Source: Saprospiraceae bacterium (lineage in GTDB: Bacteria; Bacteroidota; Bacteroidia; Chitinophagales; Saprospiraceae). Taken from it: a DNA stretch of 64,000 nt. Below the pieces are notes generated by a model. The model saw nothing but the letters and a program-made list of their open reading frames with translations, had not been told where the DNA came from and ran no database searches. Shown here in pieces: positions 55,283 through 64,000 of the stretch. A program made the position numbers and the translations under genes. Positions within the stretch are counted from its first letter, which is position 1. Each line of letters begins with the position of its first letter. The stretch lies in NCBI GenBank assembly GCA_046296435.1, contig JBKBLI010000002.1:32738-96737 (forward strand). Direction: 5' to 3'.

Positions 55283-57658
55283 ATGCACAGAAAAATAAAA
55301 AAAGTTGCCGTACTCGGCTCCGGCTTGATGGGGGCCGGCATTTCGGCCCATTTGGTCGGCTGCGGATTCGACGTGCTCATGCTCGATATCCCATCGCCCG
55401 ACCCCAAAGCGCCGCGCGATGCCATGGCGCGCCAAGCCTTACAAAACGCGCTCAAAGCCAAGCCGGCGGCTTTTTACGAGCCCACGCTGGCCTCTCGCAT
55501 TCAGACGGGTTGCTTCGACGACGATTTTCCGAAGATCAAGGATTACGACTGGATCATTGAGGTCGTGGTCGAGCGCTTGGATATCAAAAAGCAGATATTC
55601 GAAAAAGTGGACCAATACCGCGCCAAAGGCGCTTTGGTCAGTTCGAATACATCGGGTATTCCAATCGGGCTGATGACCGAGGGGCGCAGCGAGGATTTCA
55701 AACGCCACTTCCTGGGCACGCACTTTTTCAATCCGGCGCGGTATATGCGCCTGCTCGAAATCATCCCCACTAGCGATACAGACCCGGAAGTAGTTCGGTT
55801 TTTCTTGGAATTTGGCGACCTCATGCTTGGCAAGCAGACGGTGCTATGCAAAGACACCCCGGCCTTCATCGCCAATCGCGTGGGCGTGTACGCCATGGCC
55901 CGCATATTTCAACTGACGCACGAACTCGGACTGGGCATCGATACCGCAGACGCTTTGACCGGCCCGGCGATCGGACGCCCCAAGACGGGTACATTCCGGC
56001 TGGCCGATCTGGTTGGCATGGATACGGCCATGCACGTGATCAACGGCCTGCGTCAAAACTGCCCCAACGACGAGCAGATTCACGCTTTCAAGGCGCCTAA
56101 ATTCTTAGAGTTTCTGATCGAGAACAAGTTTTTCGGCAACAAATCGGGCAAGGGCTTCTACCAAAAAACAGGCGAGAAAGACGAAAAAGGGCGCCCCCTC
56201 ATCCTGGCCCTCAACCTCGAAACCCTCGAATACGCGCCGTCGGCTAAAGAAAAACTCCCCATACTCGACACGCTTAAACAGATCGAGGAACTGCCGCGCC
56301 GCATCAAAGCCATCTTCAAGGGACAAGACAAGGGCGCCGAGATGCTTCAGCGGTCTTTCCTCGGGCTATTCGCTTACGCCAGCAACCGCATACCAGAGAT
56401 CAGCGACACAGTCTATGCCATCGACGACGCCCTCCGCGCCGGATTCGCCTGGGATGTAGGACCCTTCCAATACTGGGACATGCTCGGCGTAGCAGAAGGC
56501 GTCCGACTCGCCGAGGCGCAAGGCGAGCGCATCGCACCCTGGGTGAGCGAAATGCTCGCGGCAGGCCACACGACTTTTTACAAATACGAAAACGGCGCCC
56601 GGCTTTGCTACCATCCGGCAAGCCGCGCCTACGAACCGCTGCCCGGCGGCGAGGCGTTTGTCATCTTAGACAGCTACCGCGACCGCAAGCCCGTTTACGC
56701 CAACCCCGAATGCACGCTGCACGACATTGGCGACGGCGTACTCTGCCTGGAGTTCCACTCTAAGATGAACGCCATTGGCGAGGGCATCCTGAGAGGTATC
56801 AACGACAGCATACGCATAGCCGAAGAGGAGGGCTGGAATGGCATCGTAATCGGCAACAACGCCCCCAACTTCACGGTGGGCGCCAACCTGATGATGATCG
56901 CCATGATGGCCTATCAGCAGGACTGGGACGAACTCGGCATGGCCGTCCATCTTTTCCAACAGACCTCTATGCGCCTGCGCTATTCGGCCATCCCGGTGGT
57001 CATCGCGACCCAAGGCTATGTGTTTGGCGGCGGATGCGAATTTTCAATGCACGCCGACTCGGTGGTTGCCGCCGCCGAAAGCTACATCGGATTGGTGGAA
57101 GTGGGCGTGGGCCTGATCCCGGGTGGCGCCGGCACCAAAGAATTCGCGCTACGCCTTTCGGACGACATATCGCGCGAGGGCGACGTGCAGATCCCCAGCC
57201 TGATTGAGCGCTTCAAAACCATCGCGACGGCGCAAGTAGCCACATCGGCGCGCGAGGCCTTCCGATACGGCTATCTGACCCCCAAAAAGGACCTCATATC
57301 CCTCAATACGGCGCGCAACATCAGCCGCGCCAAGCGCCGCGTGCTCGAACTGGCGCCCGGATATGTGCAAGCGACGCCCCGACGCGATATCACCGTGCTC
57401 GGTCGAACCGGGCTGGGCGCGCTGCACATCGCCGCGCACTCACTCTATCTGGGACGCTACGCCACCGAACACGACATTGTTATTGCCCAAAAAATCGCTT
57501 ACGTACTCTGCGGGGGCGATCTGAGCGCGCCGCAACAGGTATCCGAGCAATACCTGCTCGACCTGGAGCGCGAGGCCTTCCTCAGCCTCTGCGGCGAACA
57601 AAAAACCCTTGCGCGCATCCAACATATGCTCGAAACCGGAAAACCGCTGCGCAACTAA
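55283..57658 (+). CDS. Bifunctional 3-hydroxyacyl-CoA dehydrogenase / enoyl-CoA hydratase (FadB/FadJ-like)
   Basis: I trimmed the start to the ATG at 55283 (MHRKIKKVAVLGSGLMGAGIS). An N-terminal 3HCDH domain is followed by a C-terminal crotonase-like domain. A thiolase gene lies immediately downstream. Confidence 0.85.
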   Translation: MHRKIKKVAVLGSGLMGAGISAHLVGCGFDVLMLDIPSPDPKAPRDAMARQALQNALKAKPAAFYEPTLASRIQTGCFDDDFPKIKDYDWIIEVVVERLDIKKQIFEKVDQYRAKGALVSSNTSGIPIGLMTEGRSEDFKRHFLGTHFFNPARYMRLLEIIPTSDTDPEVVRFFLEFGDLMLGKQTVLCKDTPAFIANRVGVYAMARIFQLTHELGLGIDTADALTGPAIGRPKTGTFRLADLVGMDTAMHVINGLRQNCPNDEQIHAFKAPKFLEFLIENKFFGNKSGKGFYQKTGEKDEKGRPLILALNLETLEYAPSAKEKLPILDTLKQIEELPRRIKAIFKGQDKGAEMLQRSFLGLFAYASNRIPEISDTVYAIDDALRAGFAWDVGPFQYWDMLGVAEGVRLAEAQGERIAPWVSEMLAAGHTTFYKYENGARLCYHPASRAYEPLPGGEAFVILDSYRDRKPVYANPECTLHDIGDGVLCLEFHSKMNAIGEGILRGINDSIRIAEEEGWNGIVIGNNAPNFTVGANLMMIAMMAYQQDWDELGMAVHLFQQTSMRLRYSAIPVVIATQGYVFGGGCEFSMHADSVVAAAESYIGLVEVGVGLIPGGAGTKEFALRLSDDISREGDVQIPSLIERFKTIATAQVATSAREAFRYGYLTPKKDLISLNTARNISRAKRRVLELAPGYVQATPRRDITVLGRTGLGALHIAAHSLYLGRYATEHDIVIAQKIAYVLCGGDLSAPQQVSEQYLLDLEREAFLSLCGEQKTLARIQHMLETGKPLRN

Positions 57659-57743
57659 GATCGCGACAAAGAGCGCAGGGAGCGGGCTTGTCCACTCCGC
57701 CCAATGCGCTTCAAACTACACCACCATACAAACATAAAACACC

Positions 57744-58919
57744 ATGCAAGAAGCATATATCATAGCCGGATACCGCACCGCAGTGGGCAAAGCCGGCAAA
57801 GGCGGATTCAAAACCGTACGGCCCGACGACCTGGGCATCGCCGTCATTCAACGCCTGATGGCCGACTTCCCGCAACTCGAACCCGCGCGCGTGGACGACG
57901 TGATCGTCGGCTGCGCCAACCCCGAAGGCGAGCAGGGCCTCCAGATCGGACGCCTCATTGCCGTGCGCGCCTTGGGTATAGACGCGCCGGGCATGACCGT
58001 CAACCGCTACTGCGCCTCGGGCCTCGAGACCATCAGCATCGCCGTAGCTAAAATACGCGCCGGTATGGGGCACTGCTTCATCGCCGGAGGGATCGAGAGC
58101 ATGAGCATGATCCCCATGACGGGCTACAAACTCGCGCCCAACTATAATATCGCTACCCAAACGCCCGACTACCTCGTGGGCATGGGCCTGACCGCCGAAG
58201 CCGTCGCCCAAAAGTACGGCATCACCCGAGAAGCAAGCGACGCCTTTGCCCTGCGCAGCCACCAGCGCGCGGCAGCCGCCATCGACCAGGGCCTCTTCAA
58301 AGACGAGATTGTGCCCGTAACGGTCAAAGAGATCTTTGTCGAAAATGACCGCCGCCGCGAGCGCGAATTTACGGTGGATACCGACGAGGGCGTGCGCCGC
58401 GACACCAGCATAGAAGGTCTTGCAAAACTCCGTCCCGTCTTCGCTCAGGGCGGAATCGTCACTGCGGGCAACTCCTCCCAGACCTCCGACGGCGCCGCAT
58501 TCGTGCTCGTGGTAAGCGAAAGCCTCCTTCGCGAACTCGACGCCAAACCCGTGGCCCGCCTCGCAGCCTGCGCCGTAGCAGGCGTCGAACCGCTCTACAT
58601 GGGTATCGGCCCCATCAAGGCTATCCCCAAAGCGCTCGCACAAGCCGGCCTGAAACTCCAGGACATCGAACAGGTCGAACTCAACGAAGCCTTTGCCGCC
58701 CAATCGCTCGCCGTGGTCCAAGAAGCGGGCATCGACCCCGAGCGGCTCAACGTCAACGGCGGAGCCATCGCCATGGGCCATCCGTTGGGCTGCTCAGGCG
58801 CCAAACTCAGCGTCCAACTCCTCAACGAAATGCGACGCCGCAACCAGCGCTACGGCATGGTCACCGCCTGCGTAGGCGGCGGACAGGGTATCGCCGGCAT
58901 CTGGGAGCGTCTGAACTAA
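57744..58919 (+). CDS. fadA: Acetyl-CoA C-acyltransferase (thiolase)
   Basis: It is 391 aa. Thiolase signatures are present: [10 protein letters not shown] (active-site Cys), [17 protein letters not shown] and the C-terminal GGGQG. Confidence 0.9.
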   Translation: MQEAYIIAGYRTAVGKAGKGGFKTVRPDDLGIAVIQRLMADFPQLEPARVDDVIVGCANPEGEQGLQIGRLIAVRALGIDAPGMTVNRYCASGLETISIAVAKIRAGMGHCFIAGGIESMSMIPMTGYKLAPNYNIATQTPDYLVGMGLTAEAVAQKYGITREASDAFALRSHQRAAAAIDQGLFKDEIVPVTVKEIFVENDRRREREFTVDTDEGVRRDTSIEGLAKLRPVFAQGGIVTAGNSSQTSDGAAFVLVVSESLLRELDAKPVARLAACAVAGVEPLYMGIGPIKAIPKALAQAGLKLQDIEQVELNEAFAAQSLAVVQEAGIDPERLNVNGGAIAMGHPLGCSGAKLSVQLLNEMRRRNQRYGMVTACVGGGQGIAGIWERLN

Positions 58920-58942
58920 ACGCCGTCGGCCTGGCCCCATGG

Positions 58943-58982
58943 GCCGCAGCCCCGCCAAAACAAACAAGCAAGGGGCTGCGGC
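58943..58982 (+). terminator. 11-bp GC-rich hairpin downstream of the thiolase gene (no T tract)
   Basis: GCCGCAGCCCC-(18 nt)-GGGGCTGCGGC begins 24 nt after the stop codon. The lack of a U-tract lowers my confidence that it terminates transcription. Confidence 0.4.
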
Positions 58983-59213
58983 TCTACACAGCCCAACAAA
59001 GCAACCGCTATGCGATCGGCCCATCTCAGCCCGCCCGCCCAGACCATTGACAAATCCGCGCTGCGGCTCACCCGGCGACAAGACGCCCATGTAGTTGAGC
59101 GAACGCAAGCCGCCGCCCTCCCCGCCCCAGATTTCCCCGGCAGTATATCAAAACAATGGGCCTCAACTGACCCCCTCAGCACAATAATACAAGCCTGTTT
59201 GGCCGCGCCAATC

Positions 59214-59221
59214 TATCTTTG
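59214..59221 (+). promoter_or_regulatory. Putative -7 box (TAnnTTTG) for ettA
   Basis: TATCTTTG lies 31 nt upstream of the ATG at 59253. Confidence 0.45.
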
Positions 59222-59252
59222 CGGCCTACATCTGATAAGCGCTCAAGCACAC

Positions 59253-60926
59253 ATGTCTGAAAAAATCATTTTCTCGATGTCGGGGGTCAGCAAGACCTAT
59301 CCGCCCAATAAACAAGTGCTCAAAAACATCTGGCTCTCCTTCTTCTACGGCGCCAAGATCGGCGTGCTGGGTCTCAACGGATCCGGCAAATCTACGCTCC
59401 TCAAGATCATCGCCGGATTAGACCAAAACTACGAAGGAAAAATCGAGTTCGAGAAACAATACAAGATCGGCTATCTGGCCCAAGAACCGGAACTCGACGA
59501 CAACAAAACCGTGCGCCAAATCGTGGAGGAAGCCGTAGCGCCCATCGTGGCCTTGCTCCAGGAAAACGAAGATATCGGCGTCAAACTCGGCGAAGTGACC
59601 GACGACGACGAAATGATGCGCCTCATCGAACGCCAGGGCGAAGTGCTCGAACAGATCGACCTGCTCGGCGGCTGGGAACTGGATCACCGCATCGGATTAT
59701 TTACTGAGGCCCTCCGCTGCCCCCCCGACGATACGCCCATATCTGTGTGCTCGGGCGGCGAACGCCGCCGCACAGCCTTAGCCCGTCTGCTCTTGAGCAG
59801 CCCCGACATCCTGCTGCTCGACGAGCCAACCAACCACCTCGACGCCGAGTCGGTCGCCTGGCTGGAGCAGTACCTACAGAGTTTTCCGGGCACGGTCATC
59901 GCCGTCACCCACGACCGCTATTTCCTCGACAACGTGGCCGGCTGGATCCTTGAATTAGACCGCGGCGAGGGCATCCCCTGGCAAGGCAACTACTCTTCTT
60001 GGCTCGAACAAAAAGCCAAACGCCTCGCGCAGGAAGAAAAAAGCGAGGAAAAACGCCGTAAAACCCTCGAACGCGAACTCGAATGGGTGCGCATGGCCCC
60101 CAAAGCCCGACAGAGTAAGGGCAAAGCCCGCTTGAGCGCCTATGAAAAAATGGCTGGAGAAGAAGCCCGCGAAAAAGAGCAAAAACTCGAACTCTGGATC
60201 CCCAACGGTCAACGACTCGGCGAAAAAGTCATCGAAGCGCGCAACCTGAGCAAAAGTTTTGGCGACCGTATTTTATTCGAAAATCTATCTTTTGAAGTGC
60301 CCAAAAATGCCATTGTCGGCATCATTGGACCCAACGGCGTGGGTAAGTCAACCCTCTTCAAGATTCTGACCGGCCGGGAAAAGCCCGACAGCGGCGAAGT
60401 GATCCTCGGCGACACGGTCAAGATCAGCTATGTGGACCAAAGCCACGAAGCCTTACTCCCCGAAAAGAGCATTTATGAAATCATCTCCGAGGGCGCCGAC
60501 CTGATCACCGTGGGCAACGCTTCGGTCAACGCCCGGGCCTACATCTCCCGTTTCAACTTCACAGGCGCCGACCAACAGAAAAAACTCGGCGTATGCTCCG
60601 GCGGCGAGCGCAACCGCGTTCACCTGGCCATGACCCTCAAAGACGGCGGCAACGTACTACTGCTCGACGAGCCGACCAACGACATCGACGTCAATACCCT
60701 GCGCGCCCTGGAGGATGCGCTGGACGATTTTGCCGGATGTGCAATGATCATCAGCCACGACCGCTGGTTCATCGACCGTCTGGCTACCCACATCCTTTCC
60801 TTCGAAGACGACGCCGAGGTCGTTTTCTTTGAGGGCAACTTCAACGACTATGAAGCCAACAAACGCGAACGCCTTGGCGATCTGACGCCCCACCGCCCAA
60901 GGGTCAAGCACATCCTCAACCGGTAG
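59253..60926 (+). CDS. ettA: Energy-dependent translational throttle protein EttA (ABC-F ATPase)
   Basis: I trimmed the start to the ATG at 59253 (MSEKIIFSMSGVSKTYPPNKQVLKNI...). It has two NBDs, an inter-domain linker and no TMD, with high EttA-like similarity throughout. Confidence 0.9.
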   Translation: MSEKIIFSMSGVSKTYPPNKQVLKNIWLSFFYGAKIGVLGLNGSGKSTLLKIIAGLDQNYEGKIEFEKQYKIGYLAQEPELDDNKTVRQIVEEAVAPIVALLQENEDIGVKLGEVTDDDEMMRLIERQGEVLEQIDLLGGWELDHRIGLFTEALRCPPDDTPISVCSGGERRRTALARLLLSSPDILLLDEPTNHLDAESVAWLEQYLQSFPGTVIAVTHDRYFLDNVAGWILELDRGEGIPWQGNYSSWLEQKAKRLAQEEKSEEKRRKTLERELEWVRMAPKARQSKGKARLSAYEKMAGEEAREKEQKLELWIPNGQRLGEKVIEARNLSKSFGDRILFENLSFEVPKNAIVGIIGPNGVGKSTLFKILTGREKPDSGEVILGDTVKISYVDQSHEALLPEKSIYEIISEGADLITVGNASVNARAYISRFNFTGADQQKKLGVCSGGERNRVHLAMTLKDGGNVLLLDEPTNDIDVNTLRALEDALDDFAGCAMIISHDRWFIDRLATHILSFEDDAEVVFFEGNFNDYEANKRERLGDLTPHRPRVKHILNR

Positions 60927-61183
60927 CAACCGTTTCAGAGTGTAGTGGCGCCGGATTGGTGCGCGCGCACGCTCGCAACCTTTGCCCGCTCTCTGCGCCC
61001 TTTGTTTCGAAAAAATCGGGTTTAGGCGCAAGGGATGCATGCCAAGCCCGGCCTCGTTTGTAGCCGGACATGCCCGCGCCCAATAGCGGCCCTTCAGAGC
61101 AGGCCCCGTTTGTGGACGGCGTGCGCGCGTCATATCCTCTCCCGCCGTCTGCGCTTTTTTTAAAAAAAAACAGACCACGTAGC

Positions 61184-62593
61184 TCAGCGATAAAGCACGC
61201 CGCTTGACCAGTCGAGGCCGGCGCGGGTTTTGTAGTAGAGGGCAAGCAGCTTGACGTACTTGATCTGCGCGTCGAGCCAGCGTTGCTCGCGGGCGTTGAT
61301 GAGGAAGACGGAACTTTCGCCGAAGTTGAAGCGTTCGATCTCGGCATCGAGCAGGGTGCGGTTATTGTCTGTGATGTTGCGGAACAGGATGGTCTGCTGT
61401 TGGAGCGTGGTCAGTTCGTTGGCGTATTGGCGGATCTTATTTTCGATGCTCCACTGTTTTTCCCGAAGTTCGTACTCGGTTTGCGCAATTTTGATATCGG
61501 CGATCTGGAGCGCGCCGCGTGCCTTGCGGTTGAGTATGGGATACGCAAAGGTAGCGCCCCACTTCATGTTGCCCCCGAACACAGGCGCGCCGGGCTGTTC
61601 GAAAAATACAAGTCCGGAGCCGAGGGCGTTGTAGTTGAGGTCGAGCACAGGTTTGCGCATTTCGGCTTTGAGTTGGCGTTCGATGCGGAGGATGTCCATT
61701 TTGCGGAATGTGCTCAACAGGATGGGGTGGCTCGTGCGGGCCTGATCGGCGAGTTCGTCCGCACTGGGCGGACTCATCAGCGGAAGGGCGAGGGTGGCGG
61801 CGCGGAGGGGCTGGACAAGGGCGAGGGGTTCATTTTGTTCGTTCCAGAGGAAGTTTCGGAGGTCGAGCAGGGCGTTGCGCAGATCGTTTTCGGCGAAATT
61901 GAGGTCGATTTCGCGATTTTGAAGTTGAATATAGGTTTCGAGCGTATCGATAGCGGGCACGTCGCCTTGCAAGAAACTTTCGACCAGGCCCTCATGCCGT
62001 ATGCGGGCCTGTCGCAGGGCTTCGAAAAATATGTCGTACTGGGCCTGAAATGCAGACCAGTTCCAGTACACATTGGCGGCGGCGAAGCAGAGATCGTTGA
62101 GCCGGTTGTCGCGTTCGGCTTGGGCCTGCTCAATACCTATGCGTCCTTGTCTGAGCCGCGCGCGGCGTTCGTCGATGATCAGGCCTTGTCCGAGCGTCCA
62201 GGACAGTCCAAGGGACCCCTGGCCGATCTCGGGCAATTTGTTTTCGGGATTGAGGAATACGCCGTTGGCCTGGTTGTAAGCGGCTTTGAATTCCAATCCG
62301 AGCCAGGTTGGCAATTTGACGCCTGCCTGCCAACTGGTGAAGTAGTTGCTGCCATCAAACTGCTTGGCATCGTAGTCGCCGAATAGTTTGGGGTCGAAGC
62401 CGCCTCTGGCTTCAAGCAAAGCGGAAGCAGCCTGCAGTCGGATCAACTCCGCCTGCAGGGCTTCGGGGTGAGCGCGCAGGACGTAGGTTTTGAAGGTTTC
62501 CCAGTCCATTGGCTGGTCGAATTGCGCGGAAGCGGGGATTGATCCCAGCAGGCATACGAGCAATGCAACGATATATCTGGGCAGTACACTCAT
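61184..62593 (-). CDS. TolC family outer-membrane efflux protein
   Basis: I trimmed the start to the ATG at 62593 (MSVLPRYIVALLVCLLGSIPASAQ). It has a duplicated OEP architecture. The start overlaps the upstream HlyD stop codon in ATGA. Confidence 0.8.
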   Translation of the reverse strand: MSVLPRYIVALLVCLLGSIPASAQFDQPMDWETFKTYVLRAHPEALQAELIRLQAASALLEARGGFDPKLFGDYDAKQFDGSNYFTSWQAGVKLPTWLGLEFKAAYNQANGVFLNPENKLPEIGQGSLGLSWTLGQGLIIDERRARLRQGRIGIEQAQAERDNRLNDLCFAAANVYWNWSAFQAQYDIFFEALRQARIRHEGLVESFLQGDVPAIDTLETYIQLQNREIDLNFAENDLRNALLDLRNFLWNEQNEPLALVQPLRAATLALPLMSPPSADELADQARTSHPILLSTFRKMDILRIERQLKAEMRKPVLDLNYNALGSGLVFFEQPGAPVFGGNMKWGATFAYPILNRKARGALQIADIKIAQTEYELREKQWSIENKIRQYANELTTLQQQTILFRNITDNNRTLLDAEIERFNFGESSVFLINAREQRWLDAQIKYVKLLALYYKTRAGLDWSSGVLYR

Positions 62594-63978
62594 TTTACCT
62601 TTTTGATGGGCGCTTTGGGGATGGGGTCTTTTTTCTTTTCGTTTTTTTCCTGTTCTTTGCTGTAAAGGTCCGGAGGAAATCCGTTGAGCACCCGCCAGAA
62701 TTCGTACCAGAGGGGTACGCGGTTGAGCAGGGCGATACCCCTGGCTCCTCCGCCGACCTGGAGGGCGTCTGGCCAATATTCGGCCTCGGGGTCGGGTTTG
62801 ATGAGCACGCGGTACAGGCCATTCTCGCTGATGTGGCGATCGATACTCACGACGCGGCCTGCAAAAGTGCCCATAGACAGCCCCGGCCAGCCGCTGAAAA
62901 AGAAAGCAGGCCAACCGTCGAAGATGAATCGGACCTGGTCGTTGACAGAGAGGAGCGGCACATCCATAGGGCGGACGTACATTTCGACGGCCAACTCGAA
63001 AGGATAGGGCTGTATGCTGACCACGGGATCGCCTTCTTTAACGATTTCGCCGATGCCGGGCGTGATGGCCTGCACAATGTACCCGTCTTGGGGCGCCAGA
63101 ATATAGTAAAATTGACTGCGGTAGGCATAATTATCGCGCTCGATGCGAAGTTTGTTGGCTGCGGCGAGGGCGTCGTACTGATCTGAAAAAGCGCTCTGGC
63201 GTTCGCTTTCGGTTTTGGCTAACTTGCCGGCAAATTCGTTGCGGGTGAGCGTTAGTTCAGTTTGGGCGATTGCCAGGTCGTTTCGGGCGCTTTCGTATTG
63301 GTTTTGCGCTGCGACCAATTTGGCATCGGCTTCTTGGAGTTTCATGCGTCGTTCTTCGAACTGGGTAAGGGATTTGAGTCCCTTTTCGTAGAGATTTTTG
63401 ACGCCTTCGAACTGACGTTTGGCGATCTGCAGGTCGATTTCGGCTTGTACGACTTTTATGCTGTCGCTTTCAATTTTAAGTCGGGCCTGGGTAATTTTGT
63501 TACGGATTTGATCGATTTTGCGGTCCAGTTCCAGACGCATGGCGATTTGTTGCTCAGCCAGCGCCTCGGCTTTGCCGGCATAGGCGCCTACCGCGCTTTC
63601 TTTGGCTTTGGCCTGGGCGTCCACACGCGGCACCAGCATGGGATCAAAGTACTCGGCCTTGACTTCTGAGAGTTGGACGATCGTATCGCCTTTTTTCACA
63701 AATCGCCCTTCGCGAACATACCAGCGCTCTACGCGACCGGCTATGGTGCTGTGTATGGTTTGCGGGCGGTGTTCGGGAAATAAGGTGGTGATATTGCCGT
63801 TGGCCTGGATATTTTGCGTCCAGGGCAGGAACATGGCGCCTACAAATATCGCCAAAGACAAGAGCAGCAGGCGACGCACGGTCAGGTGTATGGGCGCCAC
63901 CTGCACGCGGCCGGGGGATTTGAGATCTTCGAACTCGTCCTTCGTTATGTAAATCGGTTTGCTTGAAATATTTAACAT
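62590..63978 (-). CDS. HlyD family secretion / membrane-fusion protein
   Basis: An N-terminal TM anchor is followed by lipoyl-like and long coiled-coil segments and a beta-barrel C-terminus. It is translationally coupled to the TolC gene. Confidence 0.8.
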   Translation of the reverse strand: MLNISSKPIYITKDEFEDLKSPGRVQVAPIHLTVRRLLLLSLAIFVGAMFLPWTQNIQANGNITTLFPEHRPQTIHSTIAGRVERWYVREGRFVKKGDTIVQLSEVKAEYFDPMLVPRVDAQAKAKESAVGAYAGKAEALAEQQIAMRLELDRKIDQIRNKITQARLKIESDSIKVVQAEIDLQIAKRQFEGVKNLYEKGLKSLTQFEERRMKLQEADAKLVAAQNQYESARNDLAIAQTELTLTRNEFAGKLAKTESERQSAFSDQYDALAAANKLRIERDNYAYRSQFYYILAPQDGYIVQAITPGIGEIVKEGDPVVSIQPYPFELAVEMYVRPMDVPLLSVNDQVRFIFDGWPAFFFSGWPGLSMGTFAGRVVSIDRHISENGLYRVLIKPDPEAEYWPDALQVGGGARGIALLNRVPLWYEFWRVLNGFPPDLYSKEQEKNEKKKDPIPKAPIKKVK

Positions 63979-64000
63979 ATCGCCTGATTTTTTTAGCGAA

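Noticed and set aside
61184-64000. The TolC-HlyD pair as a novel secretion system.
   Set aside because: It has the standard tripartite-exporter arrangement with ATGA translational coupling. The inner-membrane ABC or other pump gene is expected upstream of hlyD, beyond the window edge, so nothing unusual can be concluded.
1-64000. A search for mobile elements, prophage remnants, rRNA, CRISPR arrays, toxin-antitoxin pairs and known defence systems.
   Set aside because: I saw no transposase, integrase, recombinase, reverse transcriptase, Cas protein, restriction-modification or phage structural signatures in any frame. I saw no long inverted or direct repeats flanking any segment. The tRNA-Arg has no adjacent integrase or duplicated 3' half.

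Overview
The window appears to be about 64 kb of chromosome from a moderately high-GC Bacteroidota genome. The phylum call is an inference from three observations: several proteins carry type IX secretion (T9SS) C-terminal sorting domains, TAnnTTTG -7 boxes sit in front of many genes, and no Shine-Dalgarno motifs are visible upstream of start codons. I support about 50 protein-coding genes and one tRNA-Arg(CCG). I see no rRNA, CRISPR array, transposase, integrase or phage genes. Most genes are housekeeping: kup, ppa, holA, rarA, ribA, coaE, ettA, a fadB/fadA-like beta-oxidation pair, hbd, a NifU-like protein, a bacilliredoxin, an M16 peptidase, MscS, and ABC, TolC and HlyD exporters. Four genes encode T9SS cargo: a C25 gingipain-like protease, a lipase, an Omp28-like protein, and a 2,100-aa type-B adhesin. 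I cannot name a defined novel multi-gene system with confidence, and I found no recognisable defence or mobile module. The observations most worth a second look are these. (1) A strongly over-represented, orientation-specific T-run/A-run palindrome (core TTTTTTT-N-AAAAAAA) occurs about 31 times, often directly before start codons and also inside CDSs. (2) A roughly 1,000-aa secreted protein has about 780 aa built from 11-residue Ala/Glu/Lys/Arg repeats. (3) The giant adhesin has two nested repeat arrays and no adjacent PorP/SprF gene. (4) A perfect (CTAACAA)x7 microsatellite lies between the holA stop codon and the lipase promoter. (5) A block of six uncharacterised genes spans 28.0-32.2 kb. 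Many long ORFs in the supplied track are antisense shadows of real genes or 5' extensions of them. I trimmed the starts accordingly.
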